Assembly: GCF_044704955.1 (NCBI RefSeq)
Contig: NC_091977.1
Span: forward strand, 505,610,001 to 505,674,000
Direction of reading: 5' to 3'
Length of the DNA stretch: 64,000 bases
Source of the DNA: Pristiophorus japonicus
Lineage: Eukaryota
Shown: piece after piece, positions 14,351-28,693 of the stretch
How positions within the stretch are numbered: the stretch's first letter is position 1
Layout of the letters: every line of letters starts with the position of its first letter
Translations under genes and position numbers: made by a program
Notes under the pieces: model-generated
What the model saw: the letters and a program-made list of their open reading frames with translations, nothing else
What the model was told of the DNA's origin: nothing
The model's database searches: none

Positions 14351-15064
14351 AAGAGTTGTATGCTACTGTCCCTCATCTATTTATACTGGAGGCAGTTTCA
14401 TAAGTCAGCGGGTAGGGTAAGAATGGTAATGACTGCCTCTTGTTGCTCCTAACATCTCTTCTTCCTTCACAACAGTTTACCTCTTAAATAGCGTTGCAGC
14501 TGTTTAGGACCAGCTGACGTCATCTAGAATAAAATGCAGTTTGCTGATTTCTCTTGTGAACAGTGCATTTGGATTTTGGGTCAGTACAGAACTGTACCTT
14601 TCAGGGTCAAATAACACACTAACAGCTCATACATGAAGAATGACCACTACAGTGAGGTACCACAGGGCTGCTGGCACCTCATCGAACCAAACCTCAACAT
14701 GTCGTGTCTTCAGCAGAAGAAAAGAGAAAAATTAGAAAGAATAAAATAAATGTGAGGAAAAATAATCAGGAAAAAATTGCTCAAGTATAATGTGTACAGT
14801 GGTCAAGAAAGCAGTGGCCTTTCTGCTTCATTATATGCATTGGATTTGAGTGTGAATTAAATATTTACTGATAGGACTTCAGAGTTCATTAAACCAGACA
14901 CGTTAGCGTAATCTAGATGTAATCTAGTCTTTCATTTTTCGCAATGTATTAGGCAAGGCAAAGTCAGTTAAGGTTCAAGTCATTCTCCTGAACGTGATAG
15001 ACTTGTCACTTTGATCTCAACTTTATGGCTTTATCTCCCTATATTCACACTTTCAGAGAATAAT

Positions 15065-15645
15065 GGCCCAGAATCTGCGGTCGGAGGATTCCCGTGGGCG
15101 GATGCCTCTGACCTGAAAGATTTCAACAAATCTAGCTGGTGGTCCAGGAGGTTTGGAGGCTTCTGGTCCTGGGTCTCTACACGAAGGTCTCCCAAGGACT
15201 TAGGCGCTTCGTACATATCCCTGGGATCACATGGGCCGGCCCAACCAATCCAAGTAGGGGTATTCCCATTCATATTTATGGTGATCACCATAAGTATGAA
15301 TGGGAATAACCTCGAAGAACACACAAACACTTAAAATACTTTTTTAAAAAATCACATATTTAAAATTAATCAAAATGGAATTTAATTAGTTTAAAACAAA
15401 AATTCAATTTGTTTAAAAAGAAATTTACAGGCCTGACATATGCTTTTATCAGTCATACGAATTTCAAGGGCATTCACTGGGCAGAAGTTGGGCAAATAAT
15501 CCAACTCTCCACCCACAGAGGCCCTTTACTTCCGGATGCGTGAGATCTATCAAGAGGGGTCTTGACAGATCGTAAGTTCCGGATTTAGGCACATGTGCTT
15601 TGCATACACCTCGTACTCGCCCGTAGGGGTCACAAATTCAGGGTC
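15065..15645. mobile_element. Harbinger-type MITE
   Basis: TIR GGCCCAGAATCTG / CAAATTCAGGGTC, flanked by AAT/TAT; same family as 23444-24180. Confidence 0.75.
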
Positions 15646-16654
15646 TATGTATTTGAATCCCTCGGGTAGATAAAGCCATCAACTGAGTCAAACTGCTGAA
15701 CTCAGGCCACTTCACCCATTAACAGAAAAGATGACAGAGGCTGCATTGAGCGAGCAATAGAGGTTGATGAGCCTTGACATGAGTCCCATGGCATCTGTGC
15801 TTCTTCATCCAAATATTATGTATAAGTAATGGAATCCACAACTGATGTTGATAATATTGACTGGTAAACCATCAGTACACATGCCAAATGAGCAACCACT
15901 TCAGTGAAAACTCACGATGCACATTTAGGACTCAAAATTTCCATCAAGGTTAATTCTCTTTGCTTTGAGAATGACTTGCAGTCATATAAAATAACACCCA
16001 TCAAGATGCAATACGACAAAAGAGAAGAATTGTTCATTAACAAAAAGCACCAGTTGGAGTGAGCAAAGTGTCCCGATGGACTTGTGAACAAATGCACTAC
16101 CCTACCATATGGTACTGAGCCATCCAGACCAGAAGTGACTCAAGTTCGATTGCTGATCTGTGCTGACGGCACGGATCTCACTAGGAAGCAGCTCGGGCTG
16201 GATCTGGCCACAACATTCGAGGCTTGCAAAGGGAAGAAATCAGCTCACGTTCCCACTGGAAAATGCATATATCTCCACTAATTGAAGATTGGATTGAGTT
16301 TGGCTTTGTTGCCCCTCCTGATGAATTGCCACCTGACTGTCTAGACTCACACGGGAAGAATGGCTACTTGGATGAGATACCAGAGGAGTGCGGGAACAGT
16401 CCCAACACATCAATCAGTGCCTGAAGACAAGGAGGGCAGCAAATGACAAGAAACAAAGGAAAATCTGGCTGAATAAAACAAAATGAATGTATTTAATAAA
16501 ACTGTCAATAAAATCTCGCCGACACTGAATCAAAACGACTCTTTTTGCAATATGAGTGAACTTCCTACTTAAACTTCCAACTGGACATAATGCAGTGTTC
16601 TTTGAGGCCATTTTTAGTTCATAGACTGAATTTTACATTTTTTTTTAAACTTAC

Positions 16655-16698
16655 GTGTCTGTTTCATCCCATGCGATGCACGACTGGTTTGTAGTGCC
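16655..16698 (-). CDS. ADGRB1: ADGRB1 internal exon, start of GPS motif, 44 bp
   Basis: Acceptor ttttctttaacag, donor CAC|gtaagt. Translates GTTNQSCIAWDETDT (recalled BAI1 GTTNQTCILWDETDV). No further exon was found below 16655. Confidence 0.93.
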
Positions 16699-17109
16699 CT
16701 GTTAAAGAAAATGCACACTTTTTAAAAATACAAATGATTCTATCCAATAAATCTCACACATGCCTAAAATCCTACTAATCCTTTGTGAGTTACTAATTCA
16801 GTCCCTTCTCAATGCAGACTATATGTATCATCAGGGTAAATTTTGCGAGGTGGAAATGCTTTGCTTGACAGGAATACAAATGGGAGAATTGGAGGCAGAG
16901 GTCAGTCAGCATGATGAGATATTCCCATCATTCACATTAATCACCAAGAAATGAGGAGCTCCCAGATCAGGTGCATTGACCTCAGTGGATCTCCTGCCAA
17001 CAAAGACGCTCTCAAAACGCTGAAGGATCTGAAAGACAGAGGGATGAAAAGATGCCATTCCCTGAAAGTGTGACTGTAAGGGGATAAAGCCATAAACTAT
17101 TTCCAGACG

Positions 17110-17445
17110 TGGTTTTTGAGCAGTTTGATACAATTGAGTGGCTTGCTTGGCCATTTCAGAGGCCAGTTAAGAGTTAACCATGTTCGTGTGAGACTGGAGT
17201 CACGTGCAAGCCAGACCAGGTAAGGATAGCAGGTTTCCATTCCGTGAAGGACATTGGTGAACCAGTTGAATTTTTACGACAACCTGAAAGCTTCATGGTC
17301 ACTTGTATTGATACCTGCTTTTTATTCCACATTTATTTTTAGTCATTTTTTTAAAAACAGAATTAAAATTCACAAACTAAAATGTTGGGATCTCAGGCTC
17401 CGGAACTACTAGTTCAATAACATAAGTACTACACTACCGTACCCG
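17110..17445 (-). mobile_element. tRNA-derived SINE, relative of 10555-10930
   Basis: Reverse-complement similarity to 10555-10930, including gcttcatggtc and tggagtcac blocks. Confidence 0.65.
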
Positions 17446-18160
17446 CTTGCCTTTACAGAAACACTCGCTACATGTTTTAATGTCAATAACAATACGACCC
17501 TGAGCTCCCGGGGCTAAAGAAACAGAACAAAATAGTAACAAGGCACTGAAAAATGGAAATTAAAAAATGAGTCAACAAGCTCTTTAAGAGCTCTTCATAC
17601 ATGATGTTAGCATTAAATACTCACTCTAGAATTCACGAGATCACAAGCTAAACTAATGGGGGCATCGCATTGAGATAGTTACATGATTTAGAGTACAGTT
17701 AATATTTAAACAAAGTCTCGCATATTAAACGGATGTCCAGAAGGTTTCACTGTGCTGTAATAATCTAGTTAAAGGGATCACTATGTGACTTCTCAGTTCT
17801 CACATGCACATTCCACCCCAGTGAGATAGGGTGCAGGAAACAACACTGCACACGAATTAATGAAATGCATTGCGTTTTACTGCACTGGCTATTGCTGTTT
17901 CCAGAGTTTCCTTGGCAAGACCGAAATAACTTGTAACTATTTCTCCATAGAATACACGGTCGATACCTACTCAAGCTCTTCATAACCAAGGGCTGTTTTT
18001 CAAGAATTATTTCACTGACAAAATAATTTTCATATCGGCACAGCTTTCCAATTGTGAATAAAATGTGCAGGTAGGGAACAGTTCCAAATAAAACTAATTC
18101 AAAGTGTTGTGGATAAAACCATACTGTTTCACTGTAGATCATTTGAATACATTAACTTAC

Positions 18161-18263
18161 ATTATATAGATGAGAAAATTCAATTTCCAAAGGGCTGGAT
18201 AAAGATTTTGGAGAAGGCTTCACAATAACAGAGATTATCTTGGAATTCAGCACTGTGGCATTT
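18161..18263 (-). CDS. ADGRB1: ADGRB1 internal exon, GAIN domain, 103 bp
   Basis: Acceptor caatttcag, donor AAT|gtaagt. Translates [34 protein letters not shown] (recalled BAI1 NTTVLNSKVISVTVKP...PLEIEFAHMYN). Confidence 0.95.
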
Positions 18264-18509
18264 CTGAAATTGAATCAAAAGACAAGCAACATGTTAATGA
18301 TTTAAAATATATGCAGTACTAATTGTTTTATGTCACTGGGTCTTGCTACTATGACTGTGTTATTGCCAGCCTGTGTCAGTTGCTGACAAATTAATTAGGT
18401 TAGTGTTGCTGGTTACCCATCATGAGCAGGGCAGAGAATCTTACTGTAACATTGTGGCTTTGACGACTGTGTGCGACAATATAGATAGGTTATTTTCTTA
18501 ATATATAGC

Positions 18510-18868
18510 TGAGTCAGCTCTTCCTCAGTGGGTAGCATGCTCACCTCTGTGTCAGAAGGTTATGTATTCAAGTCCCACTCCATGGACTTGAGCACAAAAA
18601 AAATATAAGCTAACACTCCAGTGCAGTACTGAGCAAGTGTTGCACTGTTGGAGGTGCCATCTTTCAGACATTCAAACAAGGCCCCGTCTGCTCTTTCAGG
18701 TGGACGTAAAAGATCGCATGGCACTATTTCGAAGAAGATCAGGGGAGTTATCTCCCATGTCCTGACCAATATTTATCCCTCAATCAACATAACAAAAACA
18801 GATTATCTGGTCATTATCACATTGCTGTTTGTAGGAACTTGATGTGCGCAAATTGATGTGCGCAAATT
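18510..18868 (+). mobile_element. DeuSINE (SacSINE1-like)
   Basis: tRNA-like head plus the Deu-type core ggaggtgccatctttc...ggccccgtctgc...ggcactatttcgaagaag; related copies at 28694 and 58122. Confidence 0.75.
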
Positions 18869-19126
18869 AAGACTCAACCAGTCACAGTAGGACAACTGGT
18901 TGACGGAGCTGCTAATGCTGAACAGCAACCCAGCCATGTTATTTTCAATCACTAAGCTGAGCAGATAGAGTTAAAATTTGAATAGAACGATTTCACTACT
19001 ACTGTCCGAGCTGGGATTAATCCCACCTCTATAATAAAGATAGATATACATATGAGTTACAAAACAGAAGCAGCCTGTGTTGGCGTTTACCCACTCTGTT
19101 CCAATCGCTTAAAATACTTTTCCTTC

Positions 19127-22100
19127 TGTCGTGTATGTATGCTTGGGTTTACTAGCCACCAGGTGGCGCCACTGTCGGAGGTCACTGGGCTGTGCGCACG
19201 TGTGTGCGGCCTAGGTATAAAAGGCCAGCCATCTTGTAATGTAATCACTTTGAGCCCTAATAAAGTAGAGCCAGGTTTGTACCTGTTCAGAGTTTACAGT
19301 ATTCAGTCTATTGAGTTATTGCATACACAACATTTAGCGATGAGGTAACAAGAATCTTTGCATGCAAAAATGAGCACAATTGGAATTCTGGAGTGATTAG
19401 TGGAGGGAGAAGATTGGGCAGACTTTGTAGCCCGCTTGAATCAGTACTTCGTGGCCAACAAAATGGAGAAAGAGGCAGACACAGTTTGGCGCTGGGCGGT
19501 CCTCCTCACGGTTTGTGGTACGAAAATCTATGGACTCAAAGAATTTCCTCTCACTCTTAAGTCCAACAGACAAGGACTATGAAACATTGTGTGCTCTGGT
19601 ACGTGACCATCTCAAACCAGATGAAGGCATCATCATCTCAAGATATCGAAGTCCGTCCCCAGAACCGTCGTGTTCCAAGAAACTGGTCACCAGTCGTGAT
19701 TCTGCTGAACATCTGAACAACCTGGAAGAGTTTCTACATCGTCTGGACAAAGTGGGACTCAGACTGAAACGCTCAAAGTGCATCTTCATGGCACCTGAAG
19801 TCGAATTCCTGGGCAGTAAAATTGCTGCTAACGGTATCAGGCCGATGGACTCGAAAACCAAAGCTATCAAAAATGCACCCAAGCCTCAAAATATGACAGA
19901 GCTGCTTTCCTTCCTCGGTCTACTCAACTACTTCGGTAATTTCTTACCTAGATTGAGCACCTTATTAGAGCCACTGCACATGCTGTTAAGAAAAGGCGAC
20001 AACTGGGTTTGAGGTGCATCTCAAAATAGAGCTTTTGAGAAAGTTACTAATCTGCTTTGCTGCTGGTACATTATGATTCGTGTAAGCGTCTAGTATTGGC
20101 CTGTGATGCTTCATCATATGGAGTGCTCCAACAAGCTAATGATTCGGGCAAATTACAACCTGTTGCATATGCTTCAAAAAGTTTGTCAAAGGCAGAAAGA
20201 AGCTACAGCATGGTAGAGAAAGAAGCACTAGCCTGTGTGTATGGGGTTAAAAAGATGCATCAGTACCTGTTTGGTCTTCGGTTTGAACTGGAAACAGATC
20301 ACAAGCCACTCATTTCACTGTTTTCGGAAAACAAAGATATCAAAACCAATGCATCAACCCATATCCAGAGGTGCGCGCTGACAATATCACTCATCATATT
20401 ATGTCACTCATCATAGACATGGCACTGACAATTGTGCCAATGCATTGAGCCGTCTGCCGCTGCTCACACTGGAGGTGGAAATGCCATAACCGGCAGACCT
20501 ACTGTTAGTCATGGATGCTTTTGAAAGTGAAGGAACCCTAGTTATGGCCCAACAAGTTAAGACCTGGATCAGCCAGGACCCGATATTATTGGTTGTGAAA
20601 TGTTGTATCCTTAGTGGTGATTGGTCTGCCATACCCAAGCAAATGTGTGAGGAGACCAAACCTTACATCCGTTGCAAAGACGAACTATCCATTCAGTCAT
20701 TGTATACTGTGGGGTAATTGTGTTGTTATGTCTAAGAAAGACAGAGAGAAATTTGTGCATGATCTACATTGCACGCATCCTGGTATTGTCATGATGAAAG
20801 CTTTTGCCAGGTCTCATGTATGGTGGCTTGGAATTGACTCTGATCTGGAATCATGTGTGCATCAGTGCAACACTTGCATGCAGCTTAGTAATGCACCAGT
20901 GGAATCGCCACTGAGTCTGTGGTCATGGCATTCTAAACCATGGTCCAGGATCCACATTGACTTTGCAGGTCCCTTCCTGGGAAAGATGTTCTTTGTTGTG
21001 GTGGATGCTTATTCCAAGTGGCTAGAGTGTACAATCATGTCATCCAGCATATCCACAGCTACCAGTGAGAGCCTTCATGTCATGTTTGCTATGCATGGTC
21101 TGCCTGACATCATCGTAAGCGACAATGGATCTTGCTTCACCAGGATGGAGTTTCAAGAGTTCTTGAAACTCAATGGTATCAAACATGTGAGGTCAGCACC
21201 ATTCAAACCCGTATCCAATGGACATGCAGTGCAGTCCAAACCATCAAGCAGAGTATGAAACGTGTAACTCAAGGTTCACTGCAAACTCGCTTGTCATGCA
21301 TATTGCTTAGTTACAGGACAAGACCCCATACGCTTACCGGAGTCTCCCCTGCTGAACTATTGATGGAGAGGTCTCAAGACCAGGCTCTCTCTTGTCCACC
21401 CTGATTTGAATAATCATGTCGAATACAGACATCAAAGTCAGCAAGGGTATCATGATCGCGCTACTGTGTCACGCGATATTTCTATCAATGATCCTGTGTA
21501 TGTACTGAATTATGGTCAAGGTCCCAAATGGATCGCCGGCACTGTTATGGCCAAGGAAAGTAAAAGAGTGTTTATCGTTAAGCTCAAGAATGGGCAGACA
21601 TGCAAGAAACATGTCGATCAGATAAAGCTGCGGCACACGGATGAACCGGAACAGTCTGAGGAGGACACAGTGACCAACCAACCTACCCTCAGTCATCAGA
21701 GGACGCCACTGTCATCAATGAATCTGGACTTTCAATCACTGACATGGTCAATGAATCTGGACTTTCAATCCCTGATGTGGTCATTGCCACTCCCATCAGA
21801 TCGGCTACCCAGCCCCCAGTCATAACAGATTCAGAATGCTTGCCCAAGGCTGGAGTTGAACTGAGACATTCAACTCAGGAGCAGAAAGCCTCGGACCATC
21901 ACAATTTGTAAAAAGACTGTTACTAATATCTTAAAGGGGGATATTGTCATGTATGTATGCTTGGATTTACTAGCCACCAGGTGGCGCCACTGTCGGAGTT
22001 CATTGGGCTGTGCGCATGTGTGTGCGGCCCAGGTATAAAAGGTCAGCCATCTTGTAATGTAATCACTTTGGGTCCTAATAAAGTAGAGCCAGGTTTGTAC

Positions 22101-22150
22101 CTGTTCGGAGTTTACAGTATTCAGTCTATTGAGTTATTGCATACACAACA
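19127..22150 (+). mobile_element. Ty3/Gypsy (Mag-like) LTR retrotransposon, internally deleted
   Basis: 206-bp LTRs at 19127-19332 and 21945-22150 (TG...CA), perfect 5-bp TSD CCTTC, PPT aaaggggg. The gag N-terminus joins directly to mid-RT at ~19648; RNase H (ACDASSYG) and integrase (HHCC; IHIDFAGP, VSDNG) remnants carry frameshifts. Confidence 0.95.
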
Positions 22151-22154
22151 CCTT

Positions 22155-22500
22155 CATCCACCTATCCAATCTAATCTTGAATGTTAACATAGTTTCTGCA
22201 TCAATCACTAATCATAGGACTGAATTCCACAACCTCCCAACTCTGTATGAAGTGGCTTCTTCTGCCCTCAGTTCTAAATCTCGTAAATTTAATCTTCTAC
22301 CTTTGGCCCCTCATTCACTTTTGCTGCTGGAGACAGTCTGCTTCTTTCTACCCTGTCCCATCTTTTCATAATTTTAAACACTTCTATTTCATCACCCCAT
22401 AATCTGCATTGTTCTGATGAAAAAGACCCACTTTTCCAAGTCGTCCTTCGTATTTGTATTTCCTTGTATCAGACAGTATCCTAGTGAATCTGCATTGTAC
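22155..22500 (-). mobile_element. Highly degenerate CR1 fragment
   Basis: Reverse-complement resemblance to a CR1 ORF2 end (tggaattca, aggggccaaag, ttatgaaa). Confidence 0.45.
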
Positions 22501-23443
22501 TTTCTTCACACGCTTCCCTGAGATAAATGTTGAGAGGAGCCAAAACACAAGAACACAATCCGACGTGGGAGATCATGTGAGAGGTGTCTCCAGAGAAGAT
22601 TCTGAACGGCTTCTCTCTTCCAAAGAGGGAGGGAGATACTCAGCACACTCAAGGAATGTGGTCCAATGCTAGTGGTGCTTTGCAAAGATACTGTAGATCT
22701 CACAAGATGCAGGTTCAGAGTTACTAGGGAATCAGTTTCATTGTTCAAAGAGAAAATGACTGGAATCTTTGAATATTACAGCACAAAAAACCTCTGGCCC
22801 ACCAAGTCTCTGCTGCTGGTTTTCTCCTCGTAAGCCACCTAGTCTAATCACATTCTCCTTATTGTCCTCCATGCTCTTAAAATGTCTCTTTTTCAAATAC
22901 CTATATAATTCTCATTTAAAATAATGTATGCTTCATTGGCTTCAATAATGGTTCATGGCAGAGATTTCAACATTCAAACCATTTTCTGTGTAAGATTATT
23001 TTCAAGCTTCCACTTCAACTCTTTTGTGATAATGTTAAAGTTTTGCAATCTTAATACAGAAATCAATCTGTCATCATGCCATGAAATGTTAAGGATGGCA
23101 CTCAAAGATTCCCACTGATTCCTAATTAACATTCCCAATTACCATGGCAACCATCTGATTTTCATTTCAGTCGGCTTTGGGAGTTAACGCTTTATAAACA
23201 AATCCTAATTATTATATTATAATACAGGTTTTTTTAAATACCATACAGACAAAATACCAGCAATTCTGTGTCATGTGCAAGGACAAAGAGGTGTTTATAT
23301 CATTGTGAAGATATACAGGTAAAATTGGATCAGCTGACAGGAAAGATGTGTTTTACTGAGAAATAATTTTGCAGTGCACAGAAAACAATGTCTTATATTC
23401 CTGCATATTATGTAGAACACATTTTTGCACTCGTAAAAAAATT

Positions 23444-24180
23444 GGCCCTGAATTTGCGGTCGGAGGCGTCCTGCAAGAAAATGCCTCCAATCCGCAAATA
23501 AAATGCCTGCCTACCTGGTGGTCCGGGAGGTACGGAGAGTCGCGGTCCTGGGCCTCTCCACGTACCTGCAGGTAGAGGCCCACGTACTCCACAGGCGCAG
23601 GCAGTTAGTGAGCGCCTCTGGGATCACGTGGGCCGGCCCAACCAATAGAAGAAGGGAGATCCCCATTCATGCTTATGGGAATTCCGCACGCATGGAATCC
23701 CCAGGGGTATGAATGGAAATACCCCCAAAAATACATCTACACCTCAAATAAATAAAAAAACATTACATATTTCAAATTAATTAAAATGGCATTTAATTAA
23801 ATATTTAAAACAAAAATTTAATTTTTTGAAAAATAAATTTACATGCTTTAAAGGGGCCAAAAATAACCTTACCTTATTGCATATTGTTTTTAATGTATAA
23901 ATGATTGATAATATTTTATTTTTCTGTTGTTTTTTTAACTCTTACACTGATAAAAGCAGGCCTTATGACTGCTTTTACCAGGCGTAAGAATTTCACGGGT
24001 ATTCGCTGGGCAGAAGTTGGGCAAATAGCTCAACTCTCTGCCAGCAAGATGTCCTTTTCCCAGCGATGCGTTGCATCTGCCCAGGAGATTCTCAGAAAGT
24101 AAGTTCTGGGTTCTCGTGCAATCGCATTGTGCGCAAAAACCCGGAACTTGCGCTGCCCTGACGACTTCGTACGCCCATTA
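23444..24180. mobile_element. Harbinger-type MITE, right end truncated
   Basis: Starts GGCCCTGAATTTGCGGTCGGAGG and is collinear with 15065-15645. Confidence 0.75.
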
Positions 24181-24232
24181 TTGTTTCATAATCCTTTATA
24201 TATTTTTGTGCTTTTTTATTATACATCTCTAA

Positions 24233-24849
24233 TAGGGTGACCATATTTTTAAAATTGAATCTGAGGACAAACAAAGTATTCACGATGGAAAATGTAGCTT
24301 AGGCAGCGAAACGAGGCAACAATTTTTGTTATTTTGATACAAATGGAATCGTTAAAAAGCAGCTATGATCTGGCTCCCGGGACATGCACATGGCCTGGCT
24401 CCAGCCGCCGCACATTAGTCTGGTGACCAGCGTCCCCCGTTACTTGGACATTTTGGCTCTTGGGCCAATTTCACTTCTACCGAATTTCACAGGACTATCT
24501 GGGGAGTCGGTGAGGGGATGGGGAGGGTGTGGTGTTGAAGGGAGGGGGCGCATCAGAACATATTGCGGCCACAGAGTGCGATCTCGGCATAAATTAAATT
24601 CCCTCAGGAGTCCATCCCTTCTACTGGTTGAAAACAGAAGATTGACATCCCTGCCGCCAATCGGAACCCGCACTGCCGCACAGCCCCGCCCACTTTATTG
24701 ACCGACCGCAGGGCAGTTCGGGGTCACGTGGTTCCTGATTTGAATCTCCGCGTATTAGGGAACAAGTCTCCTGAACTGGGGACTCTTCTGGGGACTCAGT
24801 CCCTCATCCGAGAACTGTCCCCGGAAAACAGATATATATGGTCACCCTA
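24233..24849. mobile_element. Non-autonomous hAT-type transposon
   Basis: TIR TAGGGTGACCATAT / ATATGGTCACCCTA; degenerate 8-bp TSD ATCTCTAA/GATTCTAA. Confidence 0.8.
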
Positions 24850-27800
24850 GATTCTAAAATAGCTTGTAAGTATTTATTTGGCACAAATAATGGCCTATCA
24901 TTAGTTTGGCAAGAACATGCACAAAAAAATCCATTATTCCTATTCAATTCTTCCTGAAAGCTTATTTATTTTCCACCCAATCCCTGTGTTTCTACATCTC
25001 TCCCCTGGCTGTTTGTGGATAAATGCAGTGCAGTATCACATCACCATTATATTATCGGCAAGGCATCATCAATCAAAAGTAGCAATCCACACTTTGCAAC
25101 CAAGGGCAACCTTTCTGCAAATCAGTATTTCTGAAATTGAGTAAAGATGACCAACTGCTGGGAGCTATTGGCAGCTGCTGCAGGGAATTGTGGGAAGACT
25201 GCTGTTGGCCTTTCAAATGTTAACAATTTCAGTGCTGACTTATGTGGCTGTATCATTGTTCTCTCCCAAGGAAATGGTTTGCCATGACAGAAGTTAAACA
25301 TTAAGAAGTAGGAAGTAAGAGGGAAGTCAGATGGAACTTGTTTTTATTGCAAGAGTAATTGTGGAATTAACTGCCTGTCAAGATCATTGAACCAGACATT
25401 ATAAATAGACCCAACAGGCAATTATGCACTTCTGGAGAGTGAAGCAATTGAGGAGCAATCGTTGCACTCTGGTGGCCTTGCTGGATGAATGGTACTGTAG
25501 ATAGAACACTGCTGCCTCAATCTTCCAATCTGTCCTTCCATCTTGCGAGGCTCTGTTGAGGAAAGGTAACCTCACTAAACTTACTCTATGTAGAGAAGTT
25601 GGATGGATGGAGTTGATCTATCAAATGGGGTATTTGTCCAGCATAATGGCTTTTTCCTGTTCCTCAAATTTCTTGTGTCATGATGATGCTCAGTGATGTG
25701 CTATTGAACATGGAATGCATCAGCAAGGGAGGGAGAAATCATGCAGTTGTGATTTGAGTTGTGTAATTCAGCAACTTACTAATGAGTAGTCTGTTTACAC
25801 TATTAGTGCTGTACAATGTAGAAGCTGAAGAAAATGTGGATATTTTATTTATAACCGTACCAAAACTGCATTTTAATTATATGGGCTATAGGTTATAATG
25901 TACCATTCTTTTATGTAAAGATGTTTTTTCACCTGTCTTTTGAAGAGTTTGTCCATTTTGAGAACCTATTCACAGGGATTAAAGCGGTGCGACAGAAATA
26001 GTTTTGCAGCAATGGGCCATCTGGTTACCTCAAGGGTTTCAACATATAGTATCCCCTCATCCTGGTGCATGACTTTGTCTCATACAATCAGTAATGGTGC
26101 ATTCAACAAACATAACAGATCTCAGTAGTCAATGGCATGCTTTGTGGCTTTTTAACCTTGACAGCATGGCAACCATATATAATTATTGAAAATAACCCAG
26201 CCACCGTACACCGTGCAAACTACCAAAAGTAAAATAATCTTGCTCTCAGAGTGCATGATATCAGTATTCTTGAATTGTCCCATTGTCCTTTAATGCACTC
26301 GAGTCTACTAATTCCCGATATAAATCCTTCCAACCTGCCATTTGATCAATAAATGTATGCTTGAACTCAAACTGAACAACCATTTCACTGCAACAAAGAA
26401 AGCTCTGCATACAAATGATTCAACAGAAATTACTAGATTAATGAAAAACCTAAAACTAGGTGACCTTTGAGGATAGATTACTTCAGGGTCTGAAAATCAG
26501 TGTATAAAGAAAATACCCTACGGCTACAGATCCAAAGTGAGCTCTTTAAATCAATTGCTTTATTTCACTAATTGTCCTTTTGTCACCTTAAAATCCATTG
26601 CTTCTAAGTTGTTTTGTTTGCTGACGGTAGAATACTGCAATAAGGCTGCTTCTCCATGGCGACGGCCACATAATAGAGCAGGTACAATGTTCATGCATCT
26701 CAGTTAACAGCAGTAGTGACAGCCAGGCTTCCTTTTCTACTGTTACCGCTTTGCTGAATATACGCATTATAGCCAACCATACAAGTGACAGCCTTTGAAA
26801 GGTTTAGAAGAGAAGGTCACTTCAGGGGTAGCTATGCGGAACAGGAACTTAACGGAACAAAGGGTAATTATCCCTAAATTTCTCCATGTAATTTGTTTTA
26901 TTTAAAAATAATTGTTGTCCTAATGTTTTAATAAATGATTGCATGATGTGGTGTGGTACTGACCAACTGGGAAGCTCTCAGATCCCCCCAATCTGTGCTG
27001 AGTTGCCTGATCTCAATTGGCCTCAGCACCCATGAACAAGAGAAAAGGGTTAAAAAGTCAGCCATGGTGCCTGCTCAGGATCACCACCCGGTGACACCCG
27101 GCTGGAATGTGCTCACATGTGAGTGTCAGGCGAGGGGAGGATCAGGCACAGCTGCGATGAATAGGCTCCCATATGAAGAATGGCAACTCTGGCACGGTAC
27201 TGGAACCCCGCAGATTCCTGTGGTGCTGTACCTCACTAAGAGGTCAGTGCTTTAGGAGAAGAGGTGAATAAGTGGATGGGGAACGTACGATCTAAAATAA
27301 AATCTCTCTCAGCAGGATTTTCCTTGGGGTTCTCCCGATCGGCTGCCTCAATTTCTGTAGAAACCCGGATAAACTGCATAAATAGGATTCGCGTCAAAGT
27401 TAAGGCGGCCAATTGAGACAATCTCTGAGGAAATTCTCAGTGTCTGTTGCACTTTGTTATTAGTTATTGCTATAATTCAAAGTGACCATTTTGGATATAA
27501 TATTTACACACAAATTATATACCGATTCTTAATTTTAAATCTGACTTTTTTAAAACTTTAGTCTCAACTGATTTTTTTTCCGGGTAAAAACGGTAAAAAA
27601 TAAAAAAGATCCTGGATAGGATCTCCTGATCATTCCAAAAACAAGGAACATTAATCAATGGTGGATAACATTTGCAGTCTGAGGGGACTCTCTTAATGTG
27701 GATGTCACCCAAATATTTGTGCAATGAGCAAATTATAGATTTCCACAAACAAAGTTTTTCAATATGTAAACTGCTCATCATAATTTCAAGAAAAAAATAT

Positions 27801-27960
27801 ACAGGGTAAATAAGGGACAAATACTTAACATTCGCAAAACTTGACCCCAAGAGTTTCCATGTTCTACATCAGAACTTTTTGACTCTCTTGAGCATCACGA
27901 TAGAAGATGTGAGTTTTATCTTTTTAAACTAAGCTCAGCCATGAACTGAATCAAACGTAC

Positions 27961-28036
27961 CTTTGAAGATCCAGAAATGCCCCCAGGTTTCTATAGAGGA
28001 CAGTTCCTATCACGTAAACTGAAGTATCATCTGGAT
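27961..28036 (-). CDS. ADGRB1: ADGRB1 internal exon, GAIN domain, 76 bp
   Basis: Acceptor tgtatttccag, donor AAG|gtacgt. Translates [26 protein letters not shown] (recalled BAI1 [20 protein letters not shown]). In frame with both flanking exons. Not in the ORF track. Confidence 0.93.
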
Positions 28037-28693
28037 CTGGAAATACAAGTAAGTACAGATTTATCACTCACTTATGTAGAATCATTGGAAAGTGTTGACA
28101 AGTTCTAAACAAAGAGCTTATAAAGCGATTATCAAGTGATTAAACACATACTTCCCCCCCCCCCCAAAAAAAAAAAATTGAAGGCTTACTGTGGCTATAG
28201 TAGAATACATTTAGCAGGTAAATTATGAAGCAGACTGCTGCAGCATCTCCCCCTCATCTGTGACCCTCAACAGTCACCTAATCAGCACTTTTTGATTCAC
28301 CTTGTCTTCTCTGACAATTTTCAGCTTTAGTCAAGCTTTTTCATTATGATTTTGGATAGCTTAATGAAGCTTGGAGACTGTTCATTTCCCAGGTTACCCC
28401 CCCTCGCCACCTCATAACTGTCCAATGATGTGGCTAGTCCAAGCAAAGTGTCTTAATGATTGCAAAATATTTGACTGGAATGAAACACTTGGATTGGAAG
28501 AAATGTAACCACCTCCTTCTATACGCCATTTCTTTTGCATCACTGCCCATAGCATATGATGTCAATTTTATTTGTATTTGTTGCATGAGAAAATATAAAA
28601 GCCCTCATTAGAGGGCAGTAGAATTGAACAACAGCAATAACTTCTGATTTAGAGTTTTTAACATATCATAGGTAGCTTAAAAAAAACAAGATG

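Noticed and set aside
17765-18142. 125-aa minus-strand ORF and possible small exons beside the ADGRB1 exon
   Set aside because: No recognisable homology; the 48-nt minus candidate starts with TGA in the required phase, and the 120-nt plus candidate has stops in all frames.
18510-18600. tRNA genes at SINE heads (also 10555, 28694, 58122)
   Set aside because: A/B-box-like motifs continue into SINE bodies and do not form a full cloverleaf.
21715-21783. 33-bp tandem repeat resembling a repeat array
   Set aside because: Only two adjacent units with no spacer; a simple local duplication in the Gypsy 3' region, not CRISPR-like.
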